Positions 47,985 through 59,629 of a stretch of 64,000 nucleotides of DNA are shown one piece after another. This stretch comes from Octopus sinensis (lineage: Eukaryota), in assembly GCF_006345805.1 (NCBI RefSeq), contig NC_043014.1:31930001-31994000 (forward strand), written 5' to 3'. The translations under genes and the position numbers were made by a program. The stretch's first letter is position 1. Every line of letters starts with the position of its first letter. The notes beneath the pieces are model-generated. The model had not been told where the DNA came from. It worked only from the letters and a program-made list of their open reading frames with translations, and did no database searches.

Positions 47985-48118
47985 TGCGTTCTTATCGACA
48001 TATACCAACAGAAAACAATGAAGAAATGGAGAAATTCTCAAAATACAAAAATCTTGAAATAAAGATAATCCAAATGTGGAGCCTAAAAGCAGAAACAATT
48101 TCTATAATAATAGGTGCA
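47985..48118 (+). mobile_element. R4/Dong-type RLE LINE fragment after an (AAT)n/(GAT)n tract
   Basis: IPTENNEEMEKFSKYKNLEIKIIQMWSLKAETISIIIGA matches the RLE C-terminus (EK..KY.DL..EI..MW..P(I/V)IIGALG). Confidence 0.75.
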
Positions 48119-48127
48119 TCAGATATC

Positions 48128-48452
48128 GTGCATGACTCAGTGGTTAGAGCGTCAGGCTCACAATCATGTGGTAGTAAGTTTGATTCCTGGACCGGGCTGT
48201 GTGTTGTGTTCTTGAGCAAGACACTTTATTTCACGTTGCTCCAGTTCACTCAGTTGTAGAAATGAGTTGTAAAGTCACTGGTGCCAAGCAATATTGGACT
48301 TTGTCTTTCCCTTGGATAACATCAGTGGTATGGAGAGGGGAGGTTGGTGTGCATGGGTGACTGCTGGTTCTCCATAAACAACCTTGCCCAGACTTGTGCC
48401 TTGGAAAGGAACTTTCTAGGTGCAATTCCATGGTCATTCATGACCGAAAGAG
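48128..48452 (+). mobile_element. SINE family B, full length
   Basis: A/B boxes, CORE-like block, same tail as 7522-7852. Confidence 0.88.
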
Positions 48453-48825
48453 GGTATATATATACAGGTATATTTGGAAAACACACATGCAAATGCATAA
48501 CCAAAACACCAGGATTTATGGATATGTATAACCAATTTATTGCAGATAAATATTAACAACAAAATTTTATATGGACCCCCAAGGTCAAGGATTGCTGGAA
48601 GTTATTCATGGTAGCCCCAGCCCAAAAGTTCTCTGAAGTAGACCAGTTAGTTTGGCCTTGGTGATGTCCAGAGTTTTCCCAAGAATGCTATCACTCTTGT
48701 CTCACCATTCCTCACTGTTTCTATATATTGCTAATGTAGAACTTCTATGAATTGGATTACCCAACTTGTAGAGTGCTGTGGGCAGCTGTAAACATTCCAT
48801 GTGCCAATAATACTAATAATGGTTT

Positions 48826-49023
48826 CAAATCTCGGTGAGGCCCACAGTTTAAGGGGAAGGGGTAAGTCTGTTACAGAGACTCCAGCATATGACTGGTGCT
48901 TATTTTATTGCCCCTGAAAGGATAAAAGGTAAGGTTGACCTCGACAGCATTTGAACTCAGAGTGTAAAACCAGAAGAAATGTTGCTTAGCATTTTTTCCA
49001 GTGTGTTAATGATTCTGCCAGTT
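48826..49023 (-). mobile_element. SINE family C copy
   Basis: TGGTTTCAAAT..GAAAGGATAAAAGG..GGTTGACCTCG..ATTTGAACTCAGA. Confidence 0.8.
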
Positions 49024-49966
49024 CCAAATCATATTAAAAGCCTGGTACTTTTGTCAAGGTTGGGAAGGATAGGAAGTACATACCTATTGGTAAGGTTTTA
49101 GACTCTTGGCAAGTATGTAGCTGACCAAATCATTTGCCTTTCATTATATAACAATACTTATTGTTATTGTGTAATCTATTAAACCACTCCCTAGTATATA
49201 TTTAGTACATGTTTTATTACCCACAGAGAGCAAATAACCTGAATGAACACCAGAAGTGTTTTCTTTATGCATGCATATGATCTTTAAGATTTACAAACAT
49301 TTAAAACCCATGAATGACTCCAACCACTAATGAAGGTGTTTGTTAATCTGTTATACCCCTATATGGTGAAGATGATGATGATGAAATCTGTTGCAATTTT
49401 TGACAAAGTTTTACTCTTTTTGTTCACAAAAATACAAACACCATTATTATTTCAAATGTCAAAAATGCCAAGAGAGTTTAGATGTTATTGTTCATGGTGT
49501 CACTGTAATAGTACTCAGAAGGTTAGCTACTGGTTGTGTTGCTGTCCCTGATTCTTAATTGTGGTTGTTGTCAGCTTGGGTCAGCAGTTGTCTATGTCTT
49601 TTAACCGTCTGCCCACCATTTAGTCTCTGCTGTCTTTCAATGCTAATCTCAAATGTTAATCTTGAACCAGCAGTACCCCTTTAGTACTCAAGGTTCTCTA
49701 TCAAGTAGTCAAAGTGTGCTGAATTTATACTTATAGTTAGGCTCAGAAAGCAGCACACCAAAAGAGGAAATCATCGCTGGAGACTATTTCACATGAAGTC
49801 ATGATTGGTCAGATGTTGTTGATCATGAGGGTATTTATTCTAGCAAATCGCAACATGAAGTGAAGTGATCTGACTGTTGAACATTCCCATTGCACCCCTT
49901 TATTAGGTATAAAAATCACATTCTAATATATTATTTTTCGATTTTCTTATGTATTCTAATATTATA

Positions 49967-50551
49967 TTGGGTTGTCCGGAAAGTTTGTGCCGATTTTTAA
50001 AGGAAAGAAAATGGTCAATAAATACATGCCATTACATTTTTAATCAACCAAATATGAACCATTTTATTGCACAATGCGTCTCCATCTTTCCTTTAACTTG
50101 AAAATACCCTCTTCCCAGAATTCAGGTGGTTTCATGGCAAAGAATTCATCAAGGTATCTTTTTACGTCATCCAAGGAATTGAAATTTTTACCATTAAGAC
50201 TATTCTACAGAGACCTGAATAAGTGGAAATCTGAAGGAGCAATATTTGGTGAATATGGAGAGTGGGGTAAGAAATCCCAGCCGAGCTTCAGCAATTTTTG
50301 TCTGGTTCCCAAAGCATCAAGTGCCAAAAATGAACTTTCTTATCTTCCATTTTAAAGGGTTACAGAATTAACACAGGTTATAGGAACCTTAACCTTCTTC
50401 AGGAACCTTAACCTTCTTCCACGAAAAGATAGCTTAAACTGTGCTCTAAATGGAGGTGTAGTCAAATCCTATTTTATGTATTCAACCATGTTCTAAAATA
50501 AGTTGAAAGGTAAGCTACTATAAATCGGCATGAACTTTCCGGACAGCCCAA
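49967..50551 (-). mobile_element. Internally deleted mariner element with both TIRs
   Basis: 30-bp TIRs TTGGGTTGTCCGGAAAGTTTGTGCCGATTT (27/30 match), TA TSDs; LGWDFLPHSPYSPNIAPSDFHLFRSL (YSPDLAPSD motif) through the C-terminus. Confidence 0.93.
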
Positions 50552-50814
50552 TATTTTGTTATTTTTGCCCTTTTATAATTAACCATATTCTATTTATCTC
50601 CCATCCCTACCCCAGTTGTAATTGTTCTCTCATTAACAAGTATTTGTAAATCCCTTTGCTCTCTCTCTAATTAAAGGCCCTTGTTCCCATATCTAAACCT
50701 TTCTGCACTAATCAACAACTTTTAACTTATACTTATTAATCTTAGTACTGCTGTTGTTACTATCAGTACCACTTTACATACTTGTTTTCAGCTTAACATT
50801 AGATAACATACCAT

Positions 50815-51440
50815 AGCATTTTAAAATGTAGATTAGTCTGTCAAATGTAATACTTATTAGTCTATGTTGTTTTGAATTAATCATGCATTATCATGTAGCT
50901 TTGAGATTTCAATGGTGTGATTACTCTTTTACTTGTTTCAGTCATTTGACTGCGGCCATGCTAGAGCACCGCCTTTAGTCAAGCAAATCGACCCCAGGAG
51001 TTATTCTTTGTAAGCATAGTACCTATTCTATCAGTCTCTTTTGCTGAACTGCTAAGTTACAGGGATGTAAACACACCAGCATCAGTTGTCAAGCGATGTT
51101 GGGGGACAAGCACAGACACACAAACACACACACATGTACATATACACATAAATATAAATATATACGATGGGTTTCTTTTAGTTTCTGTCTACCAAATCCA
51201 CTCACAAGGCTTTGGTCAGCCCGAGGCTATAGTAGAAGTCACTTGCCCAAGGTGCCACGCAGTGGGACTGAACCCGGAACCATGTGGTTGGTAAGCAAGC
51301 TACTTACCATGCAGCCACTCCTGTGCCTGTTTATTGTTCATTTCTAGAATGACATTGTAGGCTAGGTTTGAGAAGTTGGATTTGGTCAGTTTGAACATAA
51401 AACAAGTTGAATATATGTGCCAGATAAAGAACTCATCAAG
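50815..51440 (+). mobile_element. piggyBac-type MITE (same family as 8659-8875) split by a SINE A insertion
   Basis: 50815-50921 and 51326-51440 are consecutive halves of the 8659-8875 sequence. Confidence 0.7.
50922..51325 (-). mobile_element. Full-length SINE family A
   Basis: Complete structure, reverse orientation. Confidence 0.92.
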
Positions 51441-51960
51441 TTTTTATATGGTATGCCTTTTACTCATTACCTATTTTTCATTAAACTTAAACTATATCAG
51501 TGTTTTCAATCTAAAGGACAATAATGACAATATGGCAATAGCTATCAGTAACTCAACAACTAAGAAACTGCTCACTCTTCTCTCCCCTCTTTCCCTTCTT
51601 TTTTTCTGATCTTCACAATCTTCTCTAATTCACTGACCTTGATAGGTCTCTCATCCCAAACAACCTTCTCTTCCTTCTTTCTCTCTCTCTCTCTCTTCAC
51701 CCCACACACTCACACAAAGACATCAAGTATTCTCTATGTGTCCTAATACTATTTTCCACCCTTATTCACCTTTACATTCTTTACTCACCTCCATTGTCTT
51801 TAATTACTCCACCTCCAGTAATTTAATACTTGCTAACGAGCTCAGACAAGCCACTCCTACAAGTGATCATCACTTCCTCCCTATCCAAACCCAACCAGGT
51901 CTCCCTCTCTCTCTGTCTCTGTCTCTGTCTCTCTTTCTCTGTCTCTGTCTCTGTCTCTGT

Positions 51961-52015
<55 letters not shown>

Positions 52016-52033
52016 ACATGTACACACACGTCT

Positions 52034-52398
52034 TCTTTTACTTTTTACTTGTTTCAGTCATTTGGCTGTGGCTATGCTGGAGTATCGCCTTGAGGAATTT
52101 TTAGTCAAATGAATCATTCCTAGTACTTATTTTTTTTTTAAGCCTGGTATTTATTATTTCAGTTTCTTTGGTTGAACTGCTAAGTTATGGGAACATAAGC
52201 ACACCCATACTGGTTGTCAAGCAGTGGTGGTGGGGTAAACACAGACACAAAGACACACACACACACATACAAACACACACATATATATGATGGGCTTCTT
52301 TCAGTTTCCATCTATTAAATCCACTCGTAAGGCTTTGGTTGGCCCAAGGCTGTTGTAGAAACCACTTGACCAAATGCCATGCAGTGGGATTGAACCCA
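52034..52398 (-). mobile_element. SINE family A
   Basis: Reverse complement of tail and body. Confidence 0.85.
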
Positions 52399-52404
52399 AC
52401 ATCA

Positions 52405-52847
52405 TTGATATCCCAAAGTGTTTGGGGGAGGACATTTGGTGAAAGAGACTGAATCTGTGGAAACTAATTCTTCACAATGACAATGAACTCTGTCACAGAG
52501 CTCTCCTCACTCGTGAGTTTCTCACCAAAAACAACATGGTATTGCTTCTGCACCTCACCTGCCCTGTTCACCAGATGTGGACTTTCACCTCTTCTCCAAG
52601 ATGAAAACACAGCTCAAAGGTCACCGTTTTAAATCCATTGTTGAGATCCAGAGTGAATCACTGAAAGTCCTTGAGTCACTTATAAAAACCATTCTTCCAT
52701 GCTGGATTCCAAAAGTGGCAGGAATGCTGAAACCGGTGTATTGCTGTGCAAGGTGACTATTTTGAAGGATTTGATATTAAAACTGAAGTAATTAAGTTAT
52801 TTTTTATTAAAAATAACTAATCTAGGAACATTCTGATACTGCCTCTT
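52405..52847 (+). mobile_element. Mariner 3' half
   Basis: LHNDN..H..LLTREFLTKNNM..DFHLFSKMKTQLKGHRF..KWQEC..CIAVQGDYFEG, then a TIR-like end and TA. Confidence 0.8.
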
Positions 52848-52876
52848 ATATGTAAAATTATATGTAAAATTATAGG

Positions 52877-53237
52877 TGCAGGAGTGGCTGTGTGGTAAAT
52901 AGCTTGCTTATGAACCACATGGTTCAGTCCCACTGCATGGCACCTTGGGCAAGTGTCTTCTACTATAGCCTTGGGCCAACCAAAGCCTTGTGAGTGGATT
53001 TGGTAAACGGAAACTACCAAAGCCTGTCATATATGCGTGTGTATATGTTTGTGTGTCTGTGTTTGTCCCCACAACATCGCTTGACAACCGATGCTGGTAA
53101 CTTAGTAGTTCAGCAAAAGAATAAGAATGAGAACTAGGCTTACAAAGAATAAGTCCTGGCGTCGATTTGCTCGACTAAAGGTGGTGCTCCAGAATGGCCA
53201 CAGTCAAATGACTGAAACAAGTAAAAGAGTAAAAGAT
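52877..53237 (+). mobile_element. SINE family A
   Basis: Head to (GTAAAAGA)2 tail, with a small internal deletion. Confidence 0.9.
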
Positions 53238-54499
53238 TAAAGGTGAATGAAATATGTTATGGTGTTGATAATAGTAAAATTGGTAGAGAGGTGCCAATAA
53301 CTGTGGTGGTGTTGAAATTGGTGCTATATACATACATGTGTGTGTTAGTGTATATAGCCACTATTTATATGAAACATACTCTGCATCTGTGTAAACATAA
53401 TTGGCAGTAGAAGTCACTATTCCTTGTCGTTATTACCATCTTCACCGTTACCAGTTATGTACCTGAACCACCATTACCACCACTGCTTTTGCCACCACCA
53501 CAACATGGCTACCATGTCATCAATACCACCAACACCACCAACAACGCCACCACCACCACCACCACCACCAACACCACTGCCAGCACCACCACAAACGCTA
53601 CCACCACCACCATCACCACAAACACTACCACCACCACTGGCACCACCACCATCATCACTGCTGCCACATCACCTCCAACCCAACCACCACCACCACTACC
53701 GCCACCACCTCCACCACAAGAACTACCATCATATTCATCATATCATATTTTTGTTTTAACTTTTCTAAAAAATTTTTCTCTATTTCTATTTATGTAAATA
53801 TTTTATATTAACTTTTTTTTTTACTTTACTGCAAAACAAGGAATATAAAATCACATAAAAGACTCCAAAAATAAGAAAACAAAAACTAAAAAAAAATAAT
53901 GAGTTAAAAAGATTCCAAAAATCTAATACCTAAAATGAAGAATCCAAAAATTACCCAAAATCCCAAAATTTCCCAAATCCCCAAACCAAGCAAGGATTCA
54001 GCTTGAATCAGCAAAAATAAGTTGAAATGAGAGAAATGGTTTGTTTGATGCTATTGCCATTGCAGGCGGCAGTTTAGAAAGCAATCTTTGAAATTCTTCA
54101 TAATAGAATCAGAATCAGAATGGCCATTTATAATGGCGGTACTTTTGTGAAATTACAGCACACTGTTGTTGTGTTTGTGTCTCTGTGGGTATGTGTGTGT
54201 GTGTGTGTGTATGTATGTGTGTGTGTATGAATACGTGTGCATTTGTGTGTGCATCCATGTGTGTGTGTGTCTGTGTATGTGTATGTGTGTGTGTGGATGT
54301 GCATGTGTGTGTGTGTGAATGTGTATGTTAGCGTATGGATATATGTATGCTTGAATATATGGTGATATGTGTATATAGGTGTGTTTGTATATGTATATGT
54401 GTGTGTGTGTGCGTGAGTGTGCGTGTGTGTAGATGTATATTGGTGTGTTTGTGAGTGTGTGTGTATGTGTAGAATGTATGTTGGTGTGCATGAAAAGCC

Positions 54500-54545
<46 letters not shown>

Positions 54546-54553
54546 TAACATAC

Positions 54554-54584
<31 letters not shown>

Positions 54585-54596
54585 CTGGTGTCAGTG

Positions 54597-54683
<87 letters not shown>

Positions 54684-54984
54684 AAATATATATATGTGTG
54701 TATGGAGGTATATTGGGGTATGTGTGTATATGTGCCTTTATATGTGTTTCAACATAGGTAAAAGTCGATATGTTTGTGAGTGGGGAGAGACTTTTCGTGT
54801 GTATGTACATTTGTGTAAAATATGTGGCAACCATGTGTGTATGGATGTATGCTGTTATTTGTATGTATGTATACAGATATGTGTCTGTATGTATATGGAT
54901 GTGCATACATGTGTGTATGTATGAAATGGTTATGTATGTGTGTATGTAATAATGTAAATGTGAGTGTTTGTGGATTTGTGATTG

Positions 54985-55053
<69 letters not shown>

Positions 55054-55236
55054 GTGTGTATGTATATACCTATGATTCATAGTCAAGGTGCAGAAATGGT
55101 GTATCCTGAATGAACAAGGTAATGTAATCTGATGGCAGAAAGAATGAAAGAATTTTGCATATTAGGTACTCCAAAGTTAGTTGGAAGGCCAGGGGTCCTT
55201 GTGAGCATGTGGTAAATATTAAATCCAAAAAAAGCG

Positions 55237-55618
55237 AAGAACAAATACAAGAAAAAAACAACACAAGGACGTGGTAAATGCAAAGTATTAGCAGATGCTC
55301 AGGGAAGGAAAGAAAGGTAGTTTTACGTTTCAAGCAAAGCTCTTTGTCAGAAACAGGAGATGGAGGAAAGTACAAGGGAAAAGGAAGACGGAAGAAAAAA
55401 ATCGCCAATGATCCACTTGTGGTTACAGTAACCAAAAGTGGATCACTGGTGATTTTTTTTCCTCCGTCTTCCTTTTCTCTTGAACTTTCCTCCATCTCCT
55501 GTTTCTGACAAAGAGCTTTGCTTGAAATGTAAAACTACTTTTCTTTCCTTCCCAGAGTGTCTGCTAATACTTTGTATGTACCACATCTTCGCATTGTTGC
55601 TTTTTTGTGTTTGTTCTT
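55237..55618. mobile_element. ~380-bp foldback carrying a hammerhead motif in each arm (Penelope-like inverted terminal derivative)
   Basis: About 190-bp arms centred on GGTTAC-A-GTAACC (55427). HHR-like GTTT-CTGACAA-A-GAGC-TTT-GCTT-GAAA-(C/T)GT-A-AAAC at 55320-55354 (-) and 55501-55535 (+). Architecture like 9915-10130. Confidence 0.75.
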
Positions 55619-55638
55619 ACTTTATTCTTTTTAGATTT

Positions 55639-55693
<55 letters not shown>

Positions 55694-55700
55694 AATTAAA

Positions 55701-55800
55701 CTAAATATATCTGCCTGCTGGAAATAACAGTCAAAGCTCTTATCTAAATCACCAAAAATAAGAGCTTTGACTGTTATTTCTAGCAGGCAGACATACTTAG
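55701..55800. other. 43-bp stem hairpin, 14-nt loop (family E-related sequence)
   Basis: 55701-55743 vs reverse complement of 55758-55800; 40/43 identical. Confidence 0.9.
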
Positions 55801-56402
55801 TATGTCCTTTGATTAATTTTAATTTTAATCCTTCAGCTATTTAATGCTTTTCTTGGGCCTATGATCGCTTATATTATTAATTCTGTTATTATCATTTTTT
55901 TAAATAGTCGTTCCAGATGATAACAAAATTAATATCTTAGCAAATTAATTTTTGAGAATTATATCTTTTCTGTTGAATTGTTTGCCCCTGTATATATATG
56001 TGTGTGTGTGTGTATGTAAATGTATATATTTCTCAATTTCTGTTTGTGTTTGTGTGACGGACCACCTCCCATCAGGTGGAGAACCTATACGCCAAGGAAA
56101 CCAGCTCTTATGAGCCAGGTGGGGGATGAGAAGGAACAAACAAAACAACAATATATATATATATATATACCTATCAGTTTGGGTTACCTTGACCTAAACT
56201 CCTCATCTTCTATATCATTAGCCCTGCCTTTCAGAGCACTCATAATAAGTTCCCTCCCAACTGGACATTTGCATTACCATAGCTTCAGCCCTTATTTCAA
56301 CTGGGATCCTAGTAGCTTGGAGAACTCAGACTACATACCTATTAGTTTGGGTTACTTTTGCCTAAACTTCTCTTCTACATGTGTGTGTGTGTATGTGTGT
56401 GT

Positions 56403-57162
56403 GTGGTCTGACTGATCAATAAATATTCGAACTGTTGCCATAGTAACAAAGCTAAAGTATGCAGAGTGAATCCACTTGGCACAGATTGACCTTCAACTCT
56501 GTTGTGCTTGTGTATTAAGTTTTAACATTCTAGATTACTTTTGCTGCTTACAGCAGTACTTGGAAGTAACATGTGTAGCATGTATTTATCACATTGACCA
56601 TAACAAAAAGTTGAGCAGAGAATCTGCATCAAATTTTGCCAAAAGCTTGGTGATATCTGTTCAGAGGCCTACACAGAGTTTTCAAAATATTTTCATATCC
56701 AAATCTTCAATAATAATCGACTGAACTGATGTGTAACTAATCTGCACATCCTCTGATAACTCAATGATGGTTATTCAATGATTTCTCTCGCAGCTGCATG
56801 CACATCTGCAATGTTCTTCTAAGTTCTGTTGGTTGCAGGTCTCTCAGAATGCTTGTCAATATCGTCATATTTCAGCTCTCTTGGAAACCTCTGTACCATT
56901 CATACACTTGTGTACAGCTCATACACTCCTCTCCATATTCTTTCTGCAACTTTGTGTAGGCCTCTGAGCAGGTATCGCCATGACAGCTTTCTCTGTCATG
57001 GTCAATGTGGCAATCATATGCTACACACCTTCCTTCCAAGCACTGCTGTAAACAGTGCACCTGCACAGCAGAGGTTAAGGTCAGTATATGCCAAGCAGCT
57101 TCACTGCATGTTTTAGCTTCGTTACTATGGTAACAGTCTGGATATTTATTGATCAGACCTCG
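56403..57162. mobile_element. Mariner derivative built from two facing 5' (left) ends
   Basis: Both ends start GTCTGA..TCAATAAATAT..ACTGTT.CCATAGTAAC and run into the transposase N-terminus (EQRICIKFCQKLG..SEAYT on +; TCSEAYTKLQKEYGEECMS..VYEWY on -). TA at the right end. Confidence 0.82.
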
Positions 57163-57440
57163 TATATATTTGTGTGTATGTGTGAGTGTCAACATGTATG
57201 TATATGTGATTGTGAAAAGTTCCCAATGAATGTAGTGGCCATCATTCATTTCTATAATGTACCTTATTGTCTATCAAGTGTAATAGTGGGGAACAGAAAT
57301 CTATGATTTTCAAATGGGGTCAAATGACCTCTCATATTTTTAGAGCTTATTTAAAAAAAAATAATTAGACCTTTGAAGATTGTATAAAATGCCTTTGGTG
57401 CTCTTGGACATGGTGAAACCCATCCTTCTTCAGCTTAGAC

Positions 57441-57695
57441 CACTGGTTCTCAATTTGGGTTCATATGACCCTTAGGGGTCTGCAAAAGGTTTTATTGTTA
57501 AAATTTATGTGAAATAAATAAGTTATACTTCTACAAAGCACAAAATATTTTAACAATATTTTTAATACAATTTCTAATTATATCTAATTACAAAAATGTA
57601 ATGGAATGTTTTTAGACACAGAATGGCTATGAGGGTCCATCTAAGTAAAACAAGAATCAAAGGGTGAATGGGCAAAAAATGGTTGGGAACACCTA
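57441..57695. mobile_element. hAT-Charlie-type MITE (older)
   Basis: CACTGGTTCTCAA / GTTGGGAACACCTA termini; 8-bp TSD GCTTAGAC / GGTTAGAC. Confidence 0.65.
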
Positions 57696-58506
57696 GGTTA
57701 GACCTTCCAGAAGAGAGGGAGTCAGACAGAGAGAAAGAGGGAGAGAGAGAGAGAGAGAGAGAATGTACACCCCTAGTATAGATAGCCAAAATGATTACCA
57801 CAAGACAGTCTGTTTGATGCTCTAATGACCCCTACTAATCACCCATCTTAAATTATAATTTATTCCATCCTGAATAATTAGTAAGTCGTCCATAAATGAT
57901 AGAAAGTCATCCTTATTTTTTCAAAATTCTTAACCATACAGCCATGCCTGTCCATAAAATAAAACCGATGCCATCACCATTACACTCACACATACAAAGA
58001 ATTCCACCAAATATTTTTTGCTACTATAAATTTTATGTTTCAAAGAATTTGTTCCAATATATATATATACATAGTATATTAAATATTATTAAAGTTAATG
58101 TATGTTAGTCCTTACACCTTTCACTCCTGTTTTGCTGCATGTTTGTGTTTTTATAGAATTGTGTTTGCTGGCATATAATTTTATTTTCATAGAAATATTT
58201 GGTTTTGAAAGCTACTACAAATATTTTGTTTCTGTTTGACAGAATAGCAATTACTAAACGTTTCAAATAGCAAAATAGTTTTGTTCAACCAATAACATCT
58301 ATGAGAAGTTTGATGCAGAAGGGACCATGAACAAAAAGAAAAAGATATATTTGAGAAGCACTTGCTAAATCACAGTTTTGATCGATCTCTCTCTCTCTTT
58401 CTCTCCCTCCATTCTTCTCTCTCTCTCTCTCTCTCTCTCTAACTGTTTATGTCTCTGTCACTCTGTCTCTCTGTCTGCTTCTCACACTCTACTACTTATT
58501 TAACAG

Positions 58507-58563
58507 TAGTTCCAGGCCTGTCGCCAGACTTTGATACCTGGTCGATGCTTCAGAATATTCTGT
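58507..58563 (+). CDS. Candidate 57-nt phase 1-1 internal exon (VPGLSPDFDTWSMLQNIL), product unknown
   Basis: Long pyrimidine tract then TTATTTAACAG|TAG (NAGNAG); donor CTGT|GTAGGT; GC-richer than its flanks; only one frame open. Confidence 0.35.
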
Positions 58564-58799
58564 GTAGGTACTAATTTTTGTAAACTGCATTTTTGTAAAC
58601 CATTTTCTAAATCTGAAGGTGCACCATTAAATAATGAGGGGGAAGTGCCGTCCAGTGCACCCCCTTAGCAATGGGCATGGGTAGTTCTGTGAACACAATG
58701 CTAAAACAAACTAGTTTCAATCAAAATATTCTTGGGTATGGCTATGGTCTTTGATATTATTTTCCTCATCTTTTCATTCTTTTTTTTTTTCTTTATCAG

Positions 58800-59215
58800 T
58801 CAAACTACCTACTATCTACTTATCTACCTACCTATTTGCTTACCTATCTACTTACCTGTCCATGCACCTATTTACCAATCAATGTATTTACCTACCTACC
58901 AATGTACCTACCTACCTACCTACCTATCTACCTACCTACCTACCTACCTACACATCTACCTACCTACCTACCTACCTACCTACCTACCTACCTACCTACA
59001 TACCTACCTACCTACCTACCTACCTACCTACCTACCTACCTACCTACCTACCTACCTACCTGCCTACCCACCTACCTACCTACCTACCTACCTACCTACC
59101 TACCTACCTACCTTCCTACCTACCTTCCTACCTACCTACCTGTTTACATTTATACCTATGTACCTACTAACATACCTACATACATACCTATCTATCAAAC
59201 TATCTACCCACTTAT
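58800..59215. repeat. (CCTA)n array
   Basis: Seen directly. Confidence 0.95.
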
Positions 59216-59260
59216 TAACCTAACTACTTAAATAAGTATGTATGTTCCTCCTTACCTATA

Positions 59261-59458
59261 CATGAGGGGGTGCTGAAAAGTTCCTGGCTTTAAGGGGAGT
59301 GGGAAAGACCTGGTTGGGGCCCCAACCTTCTGAGTTCTTTTACAGGGCTTAGAAAAACTGAAGGACCATTAATGGAAATATGTTGAATAAAATCATAATT
59401 ACCTGAACTACCTTTATTTTCTTTTACCCAAAGCCAGGAACCTTTCATCCCCACCTTG
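59261..59458. mobile_element. Mariner-type MITE
   Basis: TA-CATGAGGGGGTGCTGAAAAGTTCCTGGCTT ... AAGCCAGGAACCTTTCATCCCCACCTTG-TA. Confidence 0.8.
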
Positions 59459-59629
59459 TATACATACATGAACATAGACAAGCATACATAGAAACCTATC
59501 TCTCAACCTACCTATATAACTACCCATCTATTTACTGATATACCTGTATACTACTCCCTTCACTTCTCTCTCTCTTTCATTCTAAAAGAATATTTTTTCC
59601 AATTTATGTCCAATAGTGAATAACTGATA

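Noticed and set aside
54120-54140. GCCATT-TAT-AATGGC palindrome with homeodomain/YY1-like words (similar words at 35130-35200)
   Set aside because: Short motifs expected by chance; conservation cannot be assessed from one sequence.
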